A stretch of 64,000 nucleotides of DNA. It comes from Flavobacteriaceae bacterium. Lineage in GTDB: Bacteria; Bacteroidota; Bacteroidia; Flavobacteriales; Flavobacteriaceae. The stretch lies in NCBI GenBank assembly GCA_029252105.1, contig JAQXCA010000026.1:12765-76764 (forward strand), read 5' to 3'. The notes under the pieces are model-generated. The model was not told where the DNA came from and searched no databases. It saw nothing but the letters and a program-made list of their open reading frames with translations. A program made the translations under genes and the position numbers. This document shows, piece by piece, positions 48,178 to 59,734 of the stretch. Numbering within the stretch: position 1 is the first letter of the stretch; each line of letters opens with the position of its first letter.

Positions 48178-48385
48178 ATCTGTGAGATTTTTAACTAAGA
48201 CAACCAATGTAGTTGCGTAATTGACTTAAATATAAACACTTAAGTTTTATAGTATTATTAACGTTCTATTAATTTACAAGTCTTAGTTTTACTGTTATAA
48301 TTTCTATATCACAAAAACAATCCAAACTTGAAGCTCAAAGCTATTGTTTGTATAGATGTTGGCAATACCCATTAAAAATACATAT

Positions 48386-49789
48386 ATGAAATACCTCATA
48401 CTCATTATTTTCGGTTTTTTAACTCTAGGATTAAGCGCACAATCCGACGTAGATTACATTAAAACTATCTACAAAAACGCTCTAACTAATGGCCAAAGTT
48501 ACCAATGGTTAGACTATTTATCTAATGAAATTGGAGGCCGATTGTCGGGATCCTTAAACGCGGAATTAGCCGTTGAATACACCAAAGCCGAATTGGAAAA
48601 CTTAGGCCTTGACAAGGTTTGGTTACAGCCTGTAATGGTTCCTAAGTGGGTGCGTGGCACTCCTGAGTTTGCCTATATTGAAACAGCGCCTGGCAAAACG
48701 ATTCCAGTGAATATATGTGCTTTAGGAGGCTCGGTTTCCACACCTCTTCAAGGCACTAAAGCTGAAGTGATTGAAGTGCAAGGGATAGCGGAGTTAAAAG
48801 CTTTAGACCGAAGCCAAGTAGAAGGTAAGATCGTATTTTTTAACCGTCCTATGCAAGCGGATTTAATACTCACATTTGAGGCTTATGGTGGTTGTGTCGA
48901 TCAACGCTACAATGGGGCTGAAGAAGCGGGTAAACTAGGAGCCGTTGCTATGATTGTGCGTTCTATGAATTTAAGGTTAGATGACCTGCCACATACAGGA
49001 GCAATGTCCTATGGAAAAACACCAGTATCTCAACGCATTTCCTCGTCCGCAATTAGCACTAATGATGCTGAGATATTAAGCGGAATGTTAAAAATAGACC
49101 CGAGTCTTAAATTATATATTAAACAAAGTTGCCGACAATTAAGTGATGTTCTATCATATAATGTGATTGGTGAAATAACAGGTTCTCAATTTCCAGATGA
49201 AATTATTACGGTTGGAGGACATTTAGATTCTTGGGACTTAGGAGATGGGTCTCATGACGATGGTGCTGGTTGTGTACAGTCGATGGATGTACTGCGCTTA
49301 ATGAAAATTTCTGGTATTCAACCCAAACGTACGATAAGAGTTGTGTTGTTTATGAATGAAGAAAATGGATTAAGAGGCGGAAAAGCTTATGCAAAGGAAG
49401 CCACTCGAAAAGGAGAAAACCATATTTTTGCGCTTGAAAGTGACTCAGGAGGGTTTACGCCTCGAGGCTTTACATTTGATGGACCAGATTATAAAATAGA
49501 CCAAATCTTAAAATGGAAGCCTTTGTTTGAGCCTTATCTGATTCATTACTTCAAAAAAGGAGGAAGTGGTGCAGACATTGGACCGTTGAAAAAGAGTACG
49601 AATGTCTTGGCCGGATTGCGACCAGATTCACAACGTTATTTTGATCACCATCATGCTGCAAATGATACATTTGATGCGGTCAACAAACGTGAGTTAGAAT
49701 TAGGCGCAGCAACGATGACATCTTTAGTGTATCTCATTGATAAGTATGGATTTAACACTATAGAAACAACGCCAAAACTAAAGGATTAA
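48386..49789 (+). CDS. M28 metallopeptidase (carboxypeptidase Q-like, PA domain)
   Basis: Signal peptide from MKYL (ATG 48386), IGGRLSGS, GGHLDSWD, G.HDDGAG, NEENGL, HH..ND. Confidence 0.9.
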   Translation: MKYLILIIFGFLTLGLSAQSDVDYIKTIYKNALTNGQSYQWLDYLSNEIGGRLSGSLNAELAVEYTKAELENLGLDKVWLQPVMVPKWVRGTPEFAYIETAPGKTIPVNICALGGSVSTPLQGTKAEVIEVQGIAELKALDRSQVEGKIVFFNRPMQADLILTFEAYGGCVDQRYNGAEEAGKLGAVAMIVRSMNLRLDDLPHTGAMSYGKTPVSQRISSSAISTNDAEILSGMLKIDPSLKLYIKQSCRQLSDVLSYNVIGEITGSQFPDEIITVGGHLDSWDLGDGSHDDGAGCVQSMDVLRLMKISGIQPKRTIRVVLFMNEENGLRGGKAYAKEATRKGENHIFALESDSGGFTPRGFTFDGPDYKIDQILKWKPLFEPYLIHYFKKGGSGADIGPLKKSTNVLAGLRPDSQRYFDHHHAANDTFDAVNKRELELGAATMTSLVYLIDKYGFNTIETTPKLKD

Positions 49790-49793
49790 GATG

Positions 49794-50660
49794 TTATTTC
49801 ACAAGCTGAAAAACATATCCAAACGAAATGTTTCTTTGAAAAAAGAAAAATTCTTGAGAAGCAGAGTCTGCTGTTGAAGGGGTAGTTCGAATGTTAGGCA
49901 TATTTAAATACCCTGTTTTAAGTTCTGCTTGAACAAAAAAGTGATCAAATAAAGTTAGGTTTATACCTCCTTTTAAAGACAATCCAAATCCTGAGAAGTG
50001 ATATTCATCATACCGTTCTTTAGACAATAAAGTTGTGTTCGTTTTCGGATACAAAACGCCTATACCAAAAGATTCTAAAATATTTAATTGTATTTTTTTA
50101 GAGTTCCATTTTAGATAGTCACCAAGATTATCAACTCTGGAAATCTCCATATTTACATAGTTGAGACCATCTGTGTGTTCAAATTCTAAAAAATCTTCAT
50201 CAATATAAATAGGCGCATTATCATATACGCCATTAAATTCTGAGACTGGATCTTGCAAATCAATATAACCGTCTATAGTTGCAAATTGCTGGGACACCAT
50301 GACATATTTCATGTGATCAACGCCTATCGAAATATTCCAATGGTCATGAAAATAATAGCCAATACGTCCAACCGTTTGAGGGATAGTCATATTTGTAGGA
50401 TTCATATATACATCTGAATCCCATTGTGTTTGACGGTCTTTGGCACCCACATTACTAAGTGTGAAGTCGTAGTCGTCTCCTTTAAATGTAATGTCTGAAT
50501 AGTTGTATTGTGATTTATTCCATCCCCAATAAAAGTAAAATTTACCTTTATTTTTGGTTTTAAAGTCAAATTCAGTGGTGATGGGTTCTGTGATTATATC
50601 TTGAGCATATCCTTGGGTGCTTAATCCAATAAATACGCAAATAAAAAGTACTTTGTGCAT
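49794..50660 (-). CDS. Conserved outer-membrane beta-barrel protein
   Basis: Signal peptide, YFYWGWN, DHMKY, FEHTDGLNY, amphipathic strands, C-terminal FGYVF. Confidence 0.75.
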   Translation of the reverse strand: MHKVLFICVFIGLSTQGYAQDIITEPITTEFDFKTKNKGKFYFYWGWNKSQYNYSDITFKGDDYDFTLSNVGAKDRQTQWDSDVYMNPTNMTIPQTVGRIGYYFHDHWNISIGVDHMKYVMVSQQFATIDGYIDLQDPVSEFNGVYDNAPIYIDEDFLEFEHTDGLNYVNMEISRVDNLGDYLKWNSKKIQLNILESFGIGVLYPKTNTTLLSKERYDEYHFSGFGLSLKGGINLTLFDHFFVQAELKTGYLNMPNIRTTPSTADSASQEFFFFQRNISFGYVFQLVK

Positions 50661-50665
50661 TGGTT

Positions 50666-51484
50666 TTAAAGAGAATTAATAGTGCGTCTTATCGCTGTTA
50701 AATTGGTTAATAGTTTTTCTAAATGGTCAATATGAAGCATATTAGCACCATCACTTTTTGCATTCGCAGGATCAAAATGTGTTTCAATAAATAAACCATC
50801 TACATTATTAACGATACCAGCTCGTGCAATCGTTTCGATCATATCGGGACGTCCGCCAGTAACACCACTGGTTTGATTGGGTTGTTGGAGCGAGTGTGTT
50901 ACATCTAGAACTGTTGGTGCAAAATCGCGCATTGTTGGGATTCCACGAAAATCAACAATCATATCTTGATAGCCAAACATCGTACCACGATCTGTAATCC
51001 ATGCGTTTTCGTTGCCAGCATCTTTGACTTTTTGAACGGCATGTTTCATCGCTTCAGGACTCATAAATTGCCCTTTTTTCAAATTGACTACTTTTCCGGT
51101 TTGAGCTGCCGCAACCACAAGGTCGGTCTGTCTTACTAAGAATGCGGGTATTTGTAATACATCTACATACTGCGCTGCTAGGGCTGCATCAGAAACTTCA
51201 TGAATATCGGTGACTGTAGGAATGTCAAAAGTTTCAGAGACTTTTCTTAAAATTCTCAAGGCTTTTTCATCGCCAATTCCGGTAAAACTGTCAATTCTAC
51301 TACGGTTTGCTTTCTTAAAACTGCCTTTAAAAATATAAGGAATTTTTAAAGTATCCGAAATAGAACATACTTTTTCTGCAATTTGAAGTGCAATTGTTTC
51401 GCTTTCTATAGCACAGGGACCAGCTAATAAGAAAAAATTATCAGATTTGGCATGTTTTAATTTTGGAATATCTTGAAGATTCAT
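50666..51484 (-). CDS. kdsA: KDO8P synthase
   Basis: AGPCAIE, KKANRS, LQIPAFLVRQT, KKGQF, DVTHSLQ, ETH.DP..A.SDG. The ATG at 51484 is preferred. Confidence 0.96.
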   Translation of the reverse strand: MNLQDIPKLKHAKSDNFFLLAGPCAIESETIALQIAEKVCSISDTLKIPYIFKGSFKKANRSRIDSFTGIGDEKALRILRKVSETFDIPTVTDIHEVSDAALAAQYVDVLQIPAFLVRQTDLVVAAAQTGKVVNLKKGQFMSPEAMKHAVQKVKDAGNENAWITDRGTMFGYQDMIVDFRGIPTMRDFAPTVLDVTHSLQQPNQTSGVTGGRPDMIETIARAGIVNNVDGLFIETHFDPANAKSDGANMLHIDHLEKLLTNLTAIRRTINSL

Positions 51485-51502
51485 TAGTGTAAATTTATGT
51501 TG

Positions 51503-51577
51503 CAAATATAATCAAAATTAAAAGGTGTTATAAAATTAATAAGCAGTGCAAAAGTCAGAAAATTAAATGTAACTTTG
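51503..51577. promoter_or_regulatory. Divergent -7 promoter elements for kdsA and typA
   Basis: TATATTTG on the minus strand (51503-51510) and TAACTTTG on the plus strand (51570-51577). Confidence 0.6.
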
Positions 51578-51598
51578 CACGCTTAAAACAAGGCACTT

Positions 51599-53398
51599 AT
51601 GGCTAATGTAAAAAACATCGCAATTATTGCACACGTCGATCACGGTAAAACAACTTTGGTTGATAAAATTATGTATCACTGTCAACTGTTTCGTGAAAAC
51701 CAAAACACTGGGGATCTAATTTTAGATAACAACGATTTAGAGCGTGAGAGAGGAATTACAATTACAGCAAAAAATGTTTCTGTAATATATAAAGATACCA
51801 AAATCAATATTATTGATACTCCTGGTCACGCCGATTTTGGTGGTGAAGTAGAGCGTGTATTAAATATGGCTGATGGTGTGTTGTTGTTAGTAGATGCTTT
51901 TGAAGGTCCAATGCCTCAAACACGTTTTGTGTTACAAAAAGCTATTGACTTAGGTTTGAAACCCTGTGTAGTAGTCAATAAAGTTGATAAAGAGAACTGT
52001 ACTCCTGACGAAGTACATGAAAAAGTGTTTGACTTGATGTTTGAACTTGGTGCCGAAGAGTGGCAGTTAGATTTTCCAACGGTGTATGGTTCTGCCAAAA
52101 ACAACTGGATGAACTGGGATTGGAAGGATGAAATTGATAATATCGAGCCATTATTAGATATGGTGATTGAGCATATTCCATCGCCAAAAATCCCTGAAGG
52201 AAATACACAGATGTTAATTACATCCTTAGATTTTTCATCGTTTACCGGACGTATCGCTATTGGACGCTTGACACGTGGAGAACTAAAAACAGGGCAACAA
52301 ATTTCGTTAGTAAAGCGTGATGGAAGCCTTGTGAAATCTAAAATAAAAGAGCTTCATGTTTTTGAAGGTTTAGGTAGAAAAAAGATTGATGAGGTTCAAA
52401 CAGGAGATATTTGTGCAATTGTAGGTTTAGAAGGGTTTGAAATTGGAGATACAGTTGCTGATTTTGAAAACCCAGAAGGTCTTAAGACGATTGCAATTGA
52501 TGAACCAACAATGAGTATGTTGTTTACAATTAACGATTCTCCATTTTTTGGAAAAGACGGTAAATTTGTAACGTCTAGACATATTAAGGAACGCCTGGAT
52601 AAAGAATTAGAAAAGAATTTAGCATTACGTGTGAATGCAACAGATAGTGCCGATAAATTCATGGTATTTGGTAGAGGTGTTTTACATTTGTCGGTTTTAA
52701 TTGAAACGATGCGTCGTGAAGGTTATGAATTACAAATTGGACAGCCCCAAGTAATTATCAAAGTTATTGATGGTGTTAAATGTGAGCCTGTTGAAGAAAT
52801 GACGATTGATTTACCAGAAACAGTTTCAGGTAAAGCCATCGAAATGGTAACGATGCGTAAAGGCGAAATGCTAAGTATGGAAGCTAAAGGCGACCGTATG
52901 GTGTGTGAGTTTATAATTCCCTCAAGAGGAATTATCGGAATGCGTAATCAGCTATTAACAGCAACTGCTGGAGAGGCGATTATGGCACATAGATTTAAAG
53001 AATATCAACCCCTAAAAGGTGGAATACCAGAACGTCAAAATGGTTCTCTAGTTTCAATGGAATTAGGACAAGCAATTCCGTATTCTATTGATAAATTGCA
53101 AGATAGAGGTAAGTTTTTTGTCGATCCAGGTGAAAGTATTTACGAAGGTCAGGTGATCGGAGAAAATTCTCGTGGTGACGATATGGCTATTAACATTACA
53201 AAAACGAAAAAGTTAAGTAACGTTCGTAGTTCTGGTGCAGATGATAAAGCCAAAATTGTTCCGGCAATTAAATTCTCCTTAGAAGAAGCTTTAGAATACA
53301 TCCAAAAAGATGAGTACGTTGAAGTGACACCAAAATCATTAAGATTACGTAAAATATACCTTACGGAAGTTGATCGTAAACGTAATAAAATTATATAA
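51599..53398 (+). CDS. typA: Translational GTPase TypA/BipA
   Basis: IAHVDHGKTT, ERERGITI, DTPGHADFGGEVER, GRG.LHL, LEEALE.I..DE.VEVTP..LRLRK. Confidence 0.97.
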   Translation: MANVKNIAIIAHVDHGKTTLVDKIMYHCQLFRENQNTGDLILDNNDLERERGITITAKNVSVIYKDTKINIIDTPGHADFGGEVERVLNMADGVLLLVDAFEGPMPQTRFVLQKAIDLGLKPCVVVNKVDKENCTPDEVHEKVFDLMFELGAEEWQLDFPTVYGSAKNNWMNWDWKDEIDNIEPLLDMVIEHIPSPKIPEGNTQMLITSLDFSSFTGRIAIGRLTRGELKTGQQISLVKRDGSLVKSKIKELHVFEGLGRKKIDEVQTGDICAIVGLEGFEIGDTVADFENPEGLKTIAIDEPTMSMLFTINDSPFFGKDGKFVTSRHIKERLDKELEKNLALRVNATDSADKFMVFGRGVLHLSVLIETMRREGYELQIGQPQVIIKVIDGVKCEPVEEMTIDLPETVSGKAIEMVTMRKGEMLSMEAKGDRMVCEFIIPSRGIIGMRNQLLTATAGEAIMAHRFKEYQPLKGGIPERQNGSLVSMELGQAIPYSIDKLQDRGKFFVDPGESIYEGQVIGENSRGDDMAINITKTKKLSNVRSSGADDKAKIVPAIKFSLEEALEYIQKDEYVEVTPKSLRLRKIYLTEVDRKRNKII

Positions 53399-53628
53399 TG
53401 GATTTTTTGGAAATCAACACAACAGAACTGGTTGGATATCTTGCAATGGTCGTGTTATTGCTGTCTTTTTTGATGAAAGATATGCGTCGTTTGAGAACTC
53501 TAAACAGTATTGCTTGTGCTTTGTTTGTCGCTTATGGTTTTCTGTTAGCGACCTCTTGGCCAATCGTAATATCCAATGCTGCTATTTTTTGTGTTAATGT
53601 TTATTACCTGTTTTTGAAGAAAAAGTAG
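53398..53628 (+). CDS. Small inner-membrane protein (YgjV-like)
   Basis: Three TM segments; GY.A....SF.M....LR..N...F..YG. Confidence 0.8.
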   Translation: MDFLEINTTELVGYLAMVVLLLSFLMKDMRRLRTLNSIACALFVAYGFLLATSWPIVISNAAIFCVNVYYLFLKKK

Positions 53629-53840
53629 TTAGTTGTGTTTGTTTAATTTTAAACAAACGATTCTATAAACAAACGTTGAAACATTAATTGTTGGGTTAAA
53701 TAAAGAGAAAATTATCTCATTTTATTTATATTAGCTATTTATATATGAATTTACTTTCAATATTTTCAAGTTGTGTATTTGTTATAAATAGAAATTAAAT
53801 TTATATAATAACATAATTAAAATACAGGACGCTATTATTT

Positions 53841-55289
53841 ATGTTATTTAATTCATTAGATTTTACTGTTTTTTTACCATTAGTTTTTATACTCTATTGG
53901 TTTGTTTTTAATAAAAATTTAAAAACACAAAATAGCCTTATAGTCGTAGCGAGTTATTTCTTTTATGCTTGGTGGGATTGGCGTTTTCTTAGTCTTATTT
54001 TTTTAAGTACACTTGTCGACTTCATCGTAGGAATCAATATTGATAATAACGAAAATCAACACATTAGGAAACGATTTCTTTGGTTAAGTATTGTTGTAAA
54101 TTTAGGAATGCTGGGAATATTCAAATATTTCAACTTTTTCATTGAAAACTTTACGGCAGCATTTTCTTTTTTTGGTCTCGATTTAGAGAGCTATACATTA
54201 AACATTATACTCCCTGTAGGTATTAGTTTTTATACCTTTCAAACTTTAAGTTACACTTTGGATATTTACAAGAGGAAACTAAAACCTACAAGAAATTTTA
54301 TAGTTTTTGCTGCATTTGTCAGTTTTTTTCCACAATTGGTAGCAGGACCAATAGAGCGCGCTAAACATTTATTACCTCAATTTCTTACGAAACGAAAATT
54401 TGAATACCACAAAGCAACAGATGGTTTGCGTCAGATTTTATGGGGACTTTTTAAGAAAATGGTTATTGCAGATAATTGTGCAATTTTCGCAGATGAGTTT
54501 TTTAAAAATTATTCTGAATATTCTGGCAGTTCACTTCTTTTAGGGGCATTCTTTTTTACGATACAAATTTATGCTGACTTTTCTGGGTATTCAGATATTG
54601 CCATTGGAACATCCCGACTCTTTGGGTTTGATTTGATGAAAAATTTCGCATTCCCTTATTTTTCTAGAAACATAAGAGAGTTTTGGAGGCGTTGGCACAT
54701 TTCATTAACCTCTTGGTTTAAAGATTATTTTTACATTTCAATAGGTGGAAGTAGAGGAGGTAAATTGATGCAATTAAGAAATACATTTTTAATTTTTTTA
54801 GTCATTGGTTTTTGGCATGGGGCGCATTGGAAATTCATTGTTTATGGGTTTATAAACGCACTACATTTTGTCCCTGGAATTTTGAAAGGAAAGAGCGATA
54901 AATATGAGCATTTTGTAGCTCATAATAAATGGTTTCCCTCAACTATAGAGCTTTTTAATATGCTAAAGACTTTTGTGTTTTTGGTGCTTGTTCGGATATT
55001 TTTTAGAGCAGATAGTTTAACCGATGCTTTAAATTATTTGTCCATAATTTTTTCCAAAAGTATTTTTGATATTCCGAAGTTTCCTAACAGATTAGACGCT
55101 GTAATTGTCTTTATTTTAATTAGTGTTTTTATGACTGTTGAATGGTTTGGTAGAAACAATGAATACGCCATCGAGAAATTTTTATTTAAATTAGATAGAC
55201 CTAGGCGTTTTTTGTGTTATTATGTCATTATTTTTTGTATGTTCTATTTTTATGCAAAGCAACAACAGTTTATATATTTCCAGTTTTAA
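53841..55289 (+). CDS. MBOAT O-acyltransferase (AlgI/PatA-like)
   Basis: MLFNS..F, LPVGISFYTFQ, FFPQLVAGPIER, DFSGYSDIA, FWRRWHISL, GFWHGA, FIYFQF C-terminus. Confidence 0.95.
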   Translation: MLFNSLDFTVFLPLVFILYWFVFNKNLKTQNSLIVVASYFFYAWWDWRFLSLIFLSTLVDFIVGINIDNNENQHIRKRFLWLSIVVNLGMLGIFKYFNFFIENFTAAFSFFGLDLESYTLNIILPVGISFYTFQTLSYTLDIYKRKLKPTRNFIVFAAFVSFFPQLVAGPIERAKHLLPQFLTKRKFEYHKATDGLRQILWGLFKKMVIADNCAIFADEFFKNYSEYSGSSLLLGAFFFTIQIYADFSGYSDIAIGTSRLFGFDLMKNFAFPYFSRNIREFWRRWHISLTSWFKDYFYISIGGSRGGKLMQLRNTFLIFLVIGFWHGAHWKFIVYGFINALHFVPGILKGKSDKYEHFVAHNKWFPSTIELFNMLKTFVFLVLVRIFFRADSLTDALNYLSIIFSKSIFDIPKFPNRLDAVIVFILISVFMTVEWFGRNNEYAIEKFLFKLDRPRRFLCYYVIIFCMFYFYAKQQQFIYFQF

Positions 55290-56198
55290 ATGAAGAAATT
55301 TTTGTTCATATTATTAATTTTTAGTCTACCAGTTTTCATCGTTTGCGGAACCATGGAATTATTGTTGAGAAACATTCCAAATGGGTATGCGTTAAAATCA
55401 GATTATCTAAAATCTAATAAAAAATCTATAAAAACACTTTTAGTTGGAAGTTCCCATATTCTATATGGGATTAACCCCAAATTTTTAACTGAAAAAGCAC
55501 TCAATTATGGGAATGTCTCCCAAACTATAGACGTTGATTATAAAATAATTAATCATCATATAAATACTTTAGAAGCTTTGCAGACTATCGTTATTCGAAT
55601 GTCTTATGCTACTTTGTTTGAGCAATTGGAAAATGGAGATGAAAGCTGGAGAATAAAGGATTACGAAATATATACGGATATAAACTTTAACTCAAAATTA
55701 AAATATCATTCTGAAATTTTGAGTGTCAAACTGAAAAATAACCTTAAACGAATCAATGATTTTTATTTTTTAAAAGAAAACTCTGAGTTTGTAAGTAATC
55801 AAGGCTGGGGAACACACACAGCTCGAGAAAAAACTCAAAATATAGATGCCGTTGGGAAGTTAATAGCCGAAAAACACACTATAAATGATGAGGTAATTTA
55901 TACAGAAAATTATAAACTGTTAGAAGCTATTGTCGATTTATGTCAGAAAAATGAAGTGAAAGTGGTACTAGTAATGATGCCTGCTCATAAAAGTTATGTA
56001 CAACATTTAAATCAAAACCAATTAGAAAAAACTATTTCTGCTGCTAAGTTCATAGACAGTAAATATAGTAATTGTAGATTTTTTAACTTTTTAACGGACA
56101 ATCAATTTAAGCAATCCGATTTTTTAGATGCAGATCATCTAAACCGTGAAGGTGCAGAGAAATTTACGATTTTAATGGATCGTTTATTAACCAATTAA
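55290..56198 (+). CDS. SGNH-like periplasmic partner of MBOAT (DltD/AlgJ-like)
   Basis: N-terminal TM anchor, GSSH block I, F.DADHLN..GA DxxH motif; abuts the MBOAT stop. Confidence 0.8.
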   Translation: MKKFLFILLIFSLPVFIVCGTMELLLRNIPNGYALKSDYLKSNKKSIKTLLVGSSHILYGINPKFLTEKALNYGNVSQTIDVDYKIINHHINTLEALQTIVIRMSYATLFEQLENGDESWRIKDYEIYTDINFNSKLKYHSEILSVKLKNNLKRINDFYFLKENSEFVSNQGWGTHTAREKTQNIDAVGKLIAEKHTINDEVIYTENYKLLEAIVDLCQKNEVKVVLVMMPAHKSYVQHLNQNQLEKTISAAKFIDSKYSNCRFFNFLTDNQFKQSDFLDADHLNREGAEKFTILMDRLLTN

Positions 56199-56346
56199 AA
56201 TGCTATAATAAGTATTCATTCCTGTCACTACATAGGTTAGCTATATACACACACAGGATGTTTGAGTTTTTTAATGGAATATAAATTGCCAGATTTTCAA
56301 GAAAAATCAGTAATTTCACACTGCAATTTAATTTAATCAATCTCGT

Positions 56347-57318
56347 ATTTTTTCAGTCACAAAATATAATCCTGATTTAAAATCCCAATGGGATAGTTTT
56401 GTAGTTGAAGCAAAGAATGCAACATTCTTGTTTCAACGAGATTTCATGGATTATCATAAAGATCGGTTTGAGGATTATTCTTTGATGGTCTACAAAAAGG
56501 AAAAGCTTGTTGCTTTACTCCCAGCAAATATAAATGAAAACATAGTTTATTCGCATCAAGGACTTAGCTATGGAGGGATTGTTTTTACGAAAGATGTAAA
56601 GTTTAAAGATAGCTTGGAAGTGTTTGAGACTATTCTTAGATATTTAAAAAAATCAGGACATCATAAACTATATTTAAACCCAATTCCTCAATTTTATAAT
56701 TCTAAACTTTCAGAAGAATTTTTATACTTTTTATTCATTCTCCAGGCGAAATTACGCCGTAGAGACACACTCTCAGTGATTCGTTATTCAGATGGTGTTT
56801 CCTTATCTAAAAGTAGAAAAGAAGGCGTTTCTAGGGGGCAAAAACAAAATTTGGAAATTAAAGAGGTTGCTAGTTTCGAAGAGTTTTGGAATGCTATATT
56901 AATTCCAAATCTAATATCAAAACACAATACAAAACCCGTACATTCATTACAGGAAATAACGACTCTAAAATCATATTTCCCAGAAAATATTAGGCAGTTT
57001 AATGTTTATAAAAACAATAAAATTGTAGCGGGAGCAACTGTTTTTGAATCTGTTAGAGGTGCACATACCCAATATATTTCTGGGAATGAAAACAATAATA
57101 GTCTTGGTAGTTTGGACTTCTTACACGCTCACTTGATTAATACGGTGTTTAATGATAAAGTATTTTTTGACTTTGGCAATTCCAATAAGAATAATGGACA
57201 AGAAGTTAATTACGGATTGTTGTTCTGGAAAGAAGGTTTTGGCGCACGTACGGTTTCACAGGATTTTTACGTTATAGATGTTGAAAAGTATGAATTACTT
57301 AACACTATACTACAATGA
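56347..57318 (+). CDS. FemAB-like GNAT acyltransferase (start uncertain; ORF track start 56428)
   Basis: [43 protein letters not shown]. The frame is open from 56332 with no ATG/GTG/TTG before 56428. Confidence 0.8.
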   Translation: MFSVTKYNPDLKSQWDSFVVEAKNATFLFQRDFMDYHKDRFEDYSLMVYKKEKLVALLPANINENIVYSHQGLSYGGIVFTKDVKFKDSLEVFETILRYLKKSGHHKLYLNPIPQFYNSKLSEEFLYFLFILQAKLRRRDTLSVIRYSDGVSLSKSRKEGVSRGQKQNLEIKEVASFEEFWNAILIPNLISKHNTKPVHSLQEITTLKSYFPENIRQFNVYKNNKIVAGATVFESVRGAHTQYISGNENNNSLGSLDFLHAHLINTVFNDKVFFDFGNSNKNNGQEVNYGLLFWKEGFGARTVSQDFYVIDVEKYELLNTILQ

Positions 57319-58415
57319 TTAAATTCTTAGACCTTCAAGCAATCAATGACAAATACAAGACCGCTTTTAAAAACCGTTTTGACCATTTCTTGTCAAAGGG
57401 TCATTATATTTTAGGGTCTGAAGTGTCGACGTTTGAAACCAATTATGCGACTTATTGTAATACTCAACATTGTATCGGTGTTGCTAATGGGTTGGATGCA
57501 CTAACGCTGATTTTTAAAGCCTACATACAGTTGGGTAAACTATCTACAGGAGATTCAGTTTTAGTGCCTGCAAACACTTATATAGCAAGTATATTATCAA
57601 TTATAAACGCAGGTTTAAAGCCAGTTCTCATTGAGCCATATATAGAAACATATAATTTAACTTCAAAACAAATAAAAGAAGCTTTAACATCTGATATCAA
57701 GGCAATTCTAGTTGTTCATTTATATGGGCAATTGGCCCCTATGAAAGAACTTCAAACCATAGCTAAACATCATAATCTATTAGTCATCGAAGATGCTGCG
57801 CAAGCGCACGGAGCTGTAGACGCTAAGGGGCAAAAGGCGGGTAGTATAGGGAATGCTGCGGCTTTTAGTTTTTACCCATCCAAAAATCTTGGAGCACTAG
57901 GGGATGCAGGAGCTATTACAACCAATGACACACAATTGGCGGAACTTATTAAAAAATTAAGAAATTATGGGAGTCCCAAAAAATATGTAAACTCAGTAGT
58001 AGGTTATAATAGTCGATTAGATGAACTACAGGCTGCTTTCTTAAATCTTAAACTCCCACATTTAGATGAAGACAACGCCAAAAGACGTTTTGTTGCAAGA
58101 CAGTATTTAAAAGGTATCCAAAACACAAAAATTAAACTCCCTTATTATTCGGATACTAAAGATCATGTCTTTCATTTATTTGTTGTCTTAGTAGAAGATC
58201 GAAATGATTTCATGACCTATTTGAAAGATAATGCTATTGAAACCTTGATTCATTATCCAATTCCTCCCCATCAACAAGAGGCTTTAAAATCGTATCGTCA
58301 CTTAAACCTTCCCATTACAGAGACAATTCACCAACAGCTAGTGAGTATTCCAATGAGCCCTGTACTGGAGGTCGATGAAGTATTTAAAATAATTAACATT
58401 ATCAATGCCTATTAA
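57315..58415 (+). CDS. DegT/DnrJ/EryC1/StrS sugar aminotransferase (FdtB/QdtB-like)
   Basis: [56 protein letters not shown]. Confidence 0.93.
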   Translation: MIKFLDLQAINDKYKTAFKNRFDHFLSKGHYILGSEVSTFETNYATYCNTQHCIGVANGLDALTLIFKAYIQLGKLSTGDSVLVPANTYIASILSIINAGLKPVLIEPYIETYNLTSKQIKEALTSDIKAILVVHLYGQLAPMKELQTIAKHHNLLVIEDAAQAHGAVDAKGQKAGSIGNAAAFSFYPSKNLGALGDAGAITTNDTQLAELIKKLRNYGSPKKYVNSVVGYNSRLDELQAAFLNLKLPHLDEDNAKRRFVARQYLKGIQNTKIKLPYYSDTKDHVFHLFVVLVEDRNDFMTYLKDNAIETLIHYPIPPHQQEALKSYRHLNLPITETIHQQLVSIPMSPVLEVDEVFKIINIINAY

Positions 58416-59734
58416 TGATGTTAAAAAAACTGCTAAAGCATTTTAAAAAAAGTATTCTTCTAAAAATAGTTTCACTTAATTCATTGGTAACTGGTTTTAG
58501 ATTAGTTATTGCAATAGTTATTCAAAAGCTACTTGCCGAGTTGGTTGGAGCTTCTGGTATTGCAAAAATTGGTCAGCTAAGAAACCTGATGGTAATTCTA
58601 ACGAGCACATCTTCCTTAGGCGTTTTTAATGGGGTTGTGAAATATACTTCCGAGTTAAAAAAAGAAGAAGAACTTCTCGCGAAATTTTTCTCAACAACCT
58701 TTATTTTTTCAATTTTAGGCACTGTCATAAGTACCATCATTTTATTTATTTTTTCAAATTGGATTTCCATACAACTTTTTGGAAGTGATACTTTTGAGTT
58801 TATCATTATAATAGCGGCGTTTGTAGTTCCTGCAATATCCTTAAATCGTATTTTTAGTGGAGTTGTCAACGGGCTTTCTGCATATAAACAGTATGCAAAA
58901 ATAGAACTTATTGCGTATTTAACATCAAGTGTTTTGCTACTCTACGGTCTGTTTAATTATAATATTAATGGTGTGTTAATAGCTATAGCTATAGCACCAA
59001 TAGTTCAGCTTTTGGTTCTGTTGTTTGTGTTTGGGAGTGTACTAAAAACCCAAATAAAATTAAAAGGACTAAGTCTACATTCGTCATTTACTAGGGCATT
59101 ACTCACCTTTGCTGCCATGTCTTTTATTTCTACGGTACTGATAAATTATATCGAAATTGATATCCGTTCCCAAATCACCAATCAGATCAGTAGCAATCAA
59201 GCGGGGTATTGGACTGCAATACTTATCATTTCAAAAAACTATATGGTATTTTCTACTGGACTCTTTACGTTGTATGTGATTCCCAGATTTGCAGAAATTT
59301 ATTCTGCTCAAGACTTTAAAAATGAAGTGTTTTATATTTACAAAACCATCTTACCACTTTTTGCCGTTGGAATGATACTCATTTATATATTTAGAATGCT
59401 AATTATAGATGTGATATATCCAGGGTTTTATGGAATGGAGCCCTTGTTTAAATGGCAATTAGCGGCTGACTTCGTTAGACTTTCTGCTTTGGTTTTAGCA
59501 CATCAATTTTTGGCTAAAAAGATGTTAATTAGTTATGTTTTAACTGAATTTATTTCAATTATTTTATTTTATATTTTCTCTAAACTATTACTCGATTCCC
59601 ATGGAATCGAGGGCATTGTAATGGCTCACTTATTACGCTATATTGTTTATTTTATTGTGGTGATTATAGCGATTTGGTACCATTTCAAAAATAATAAAAA
59701 CTCTACCCCACCCAGTGGTTTAGATTTACTGTAA
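58415..59734 (+). CDS. wzx: O-antigen flippase/translocase (WzxE-like)
   Basis: About 12 TM segments, G..G.A.IGQL.N, GVVKY, AGYW, FKWQL..D. Confidence 0.88.
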   Translation: MMLKKLLKHFKKSILLKIVSLNSLVTGFRLVIAIVIQKLLAELVGASGIAKIGQLRNLMVILTSTSSLGVFNGVVKYTSELKKEEELLAKFFSTTFIFSILGTVISTIILFIFSNWISIQLFGSDTFEFIIIIAAFVVPAISLNRIFSGVVNGLSAYKQYAKIELIAYLTSSVLLLYGLFNYNINGVLIAIAIAPIVQLLVLLFVFGSVLKTQIKLKGLSLHSSFTRALLTFAAMSFISTVLINYIEIDIRSQITNQISSNQAGYWTAILIISKNYMVFSTGLFTLYVIPRFAEIYSAQDFKNEVFYIYKTILPLFAVGMILIYIFRMLIIDVIYPGFYGMEPLFKWQLAADFVRLSALVLAHQFLAKKMLISYVLTEFISIILFYIFSKLLLDSHGIEGIVMAHLLRYIVYFIVVIIAIWYHFKNNKNSTPPSGLDLL

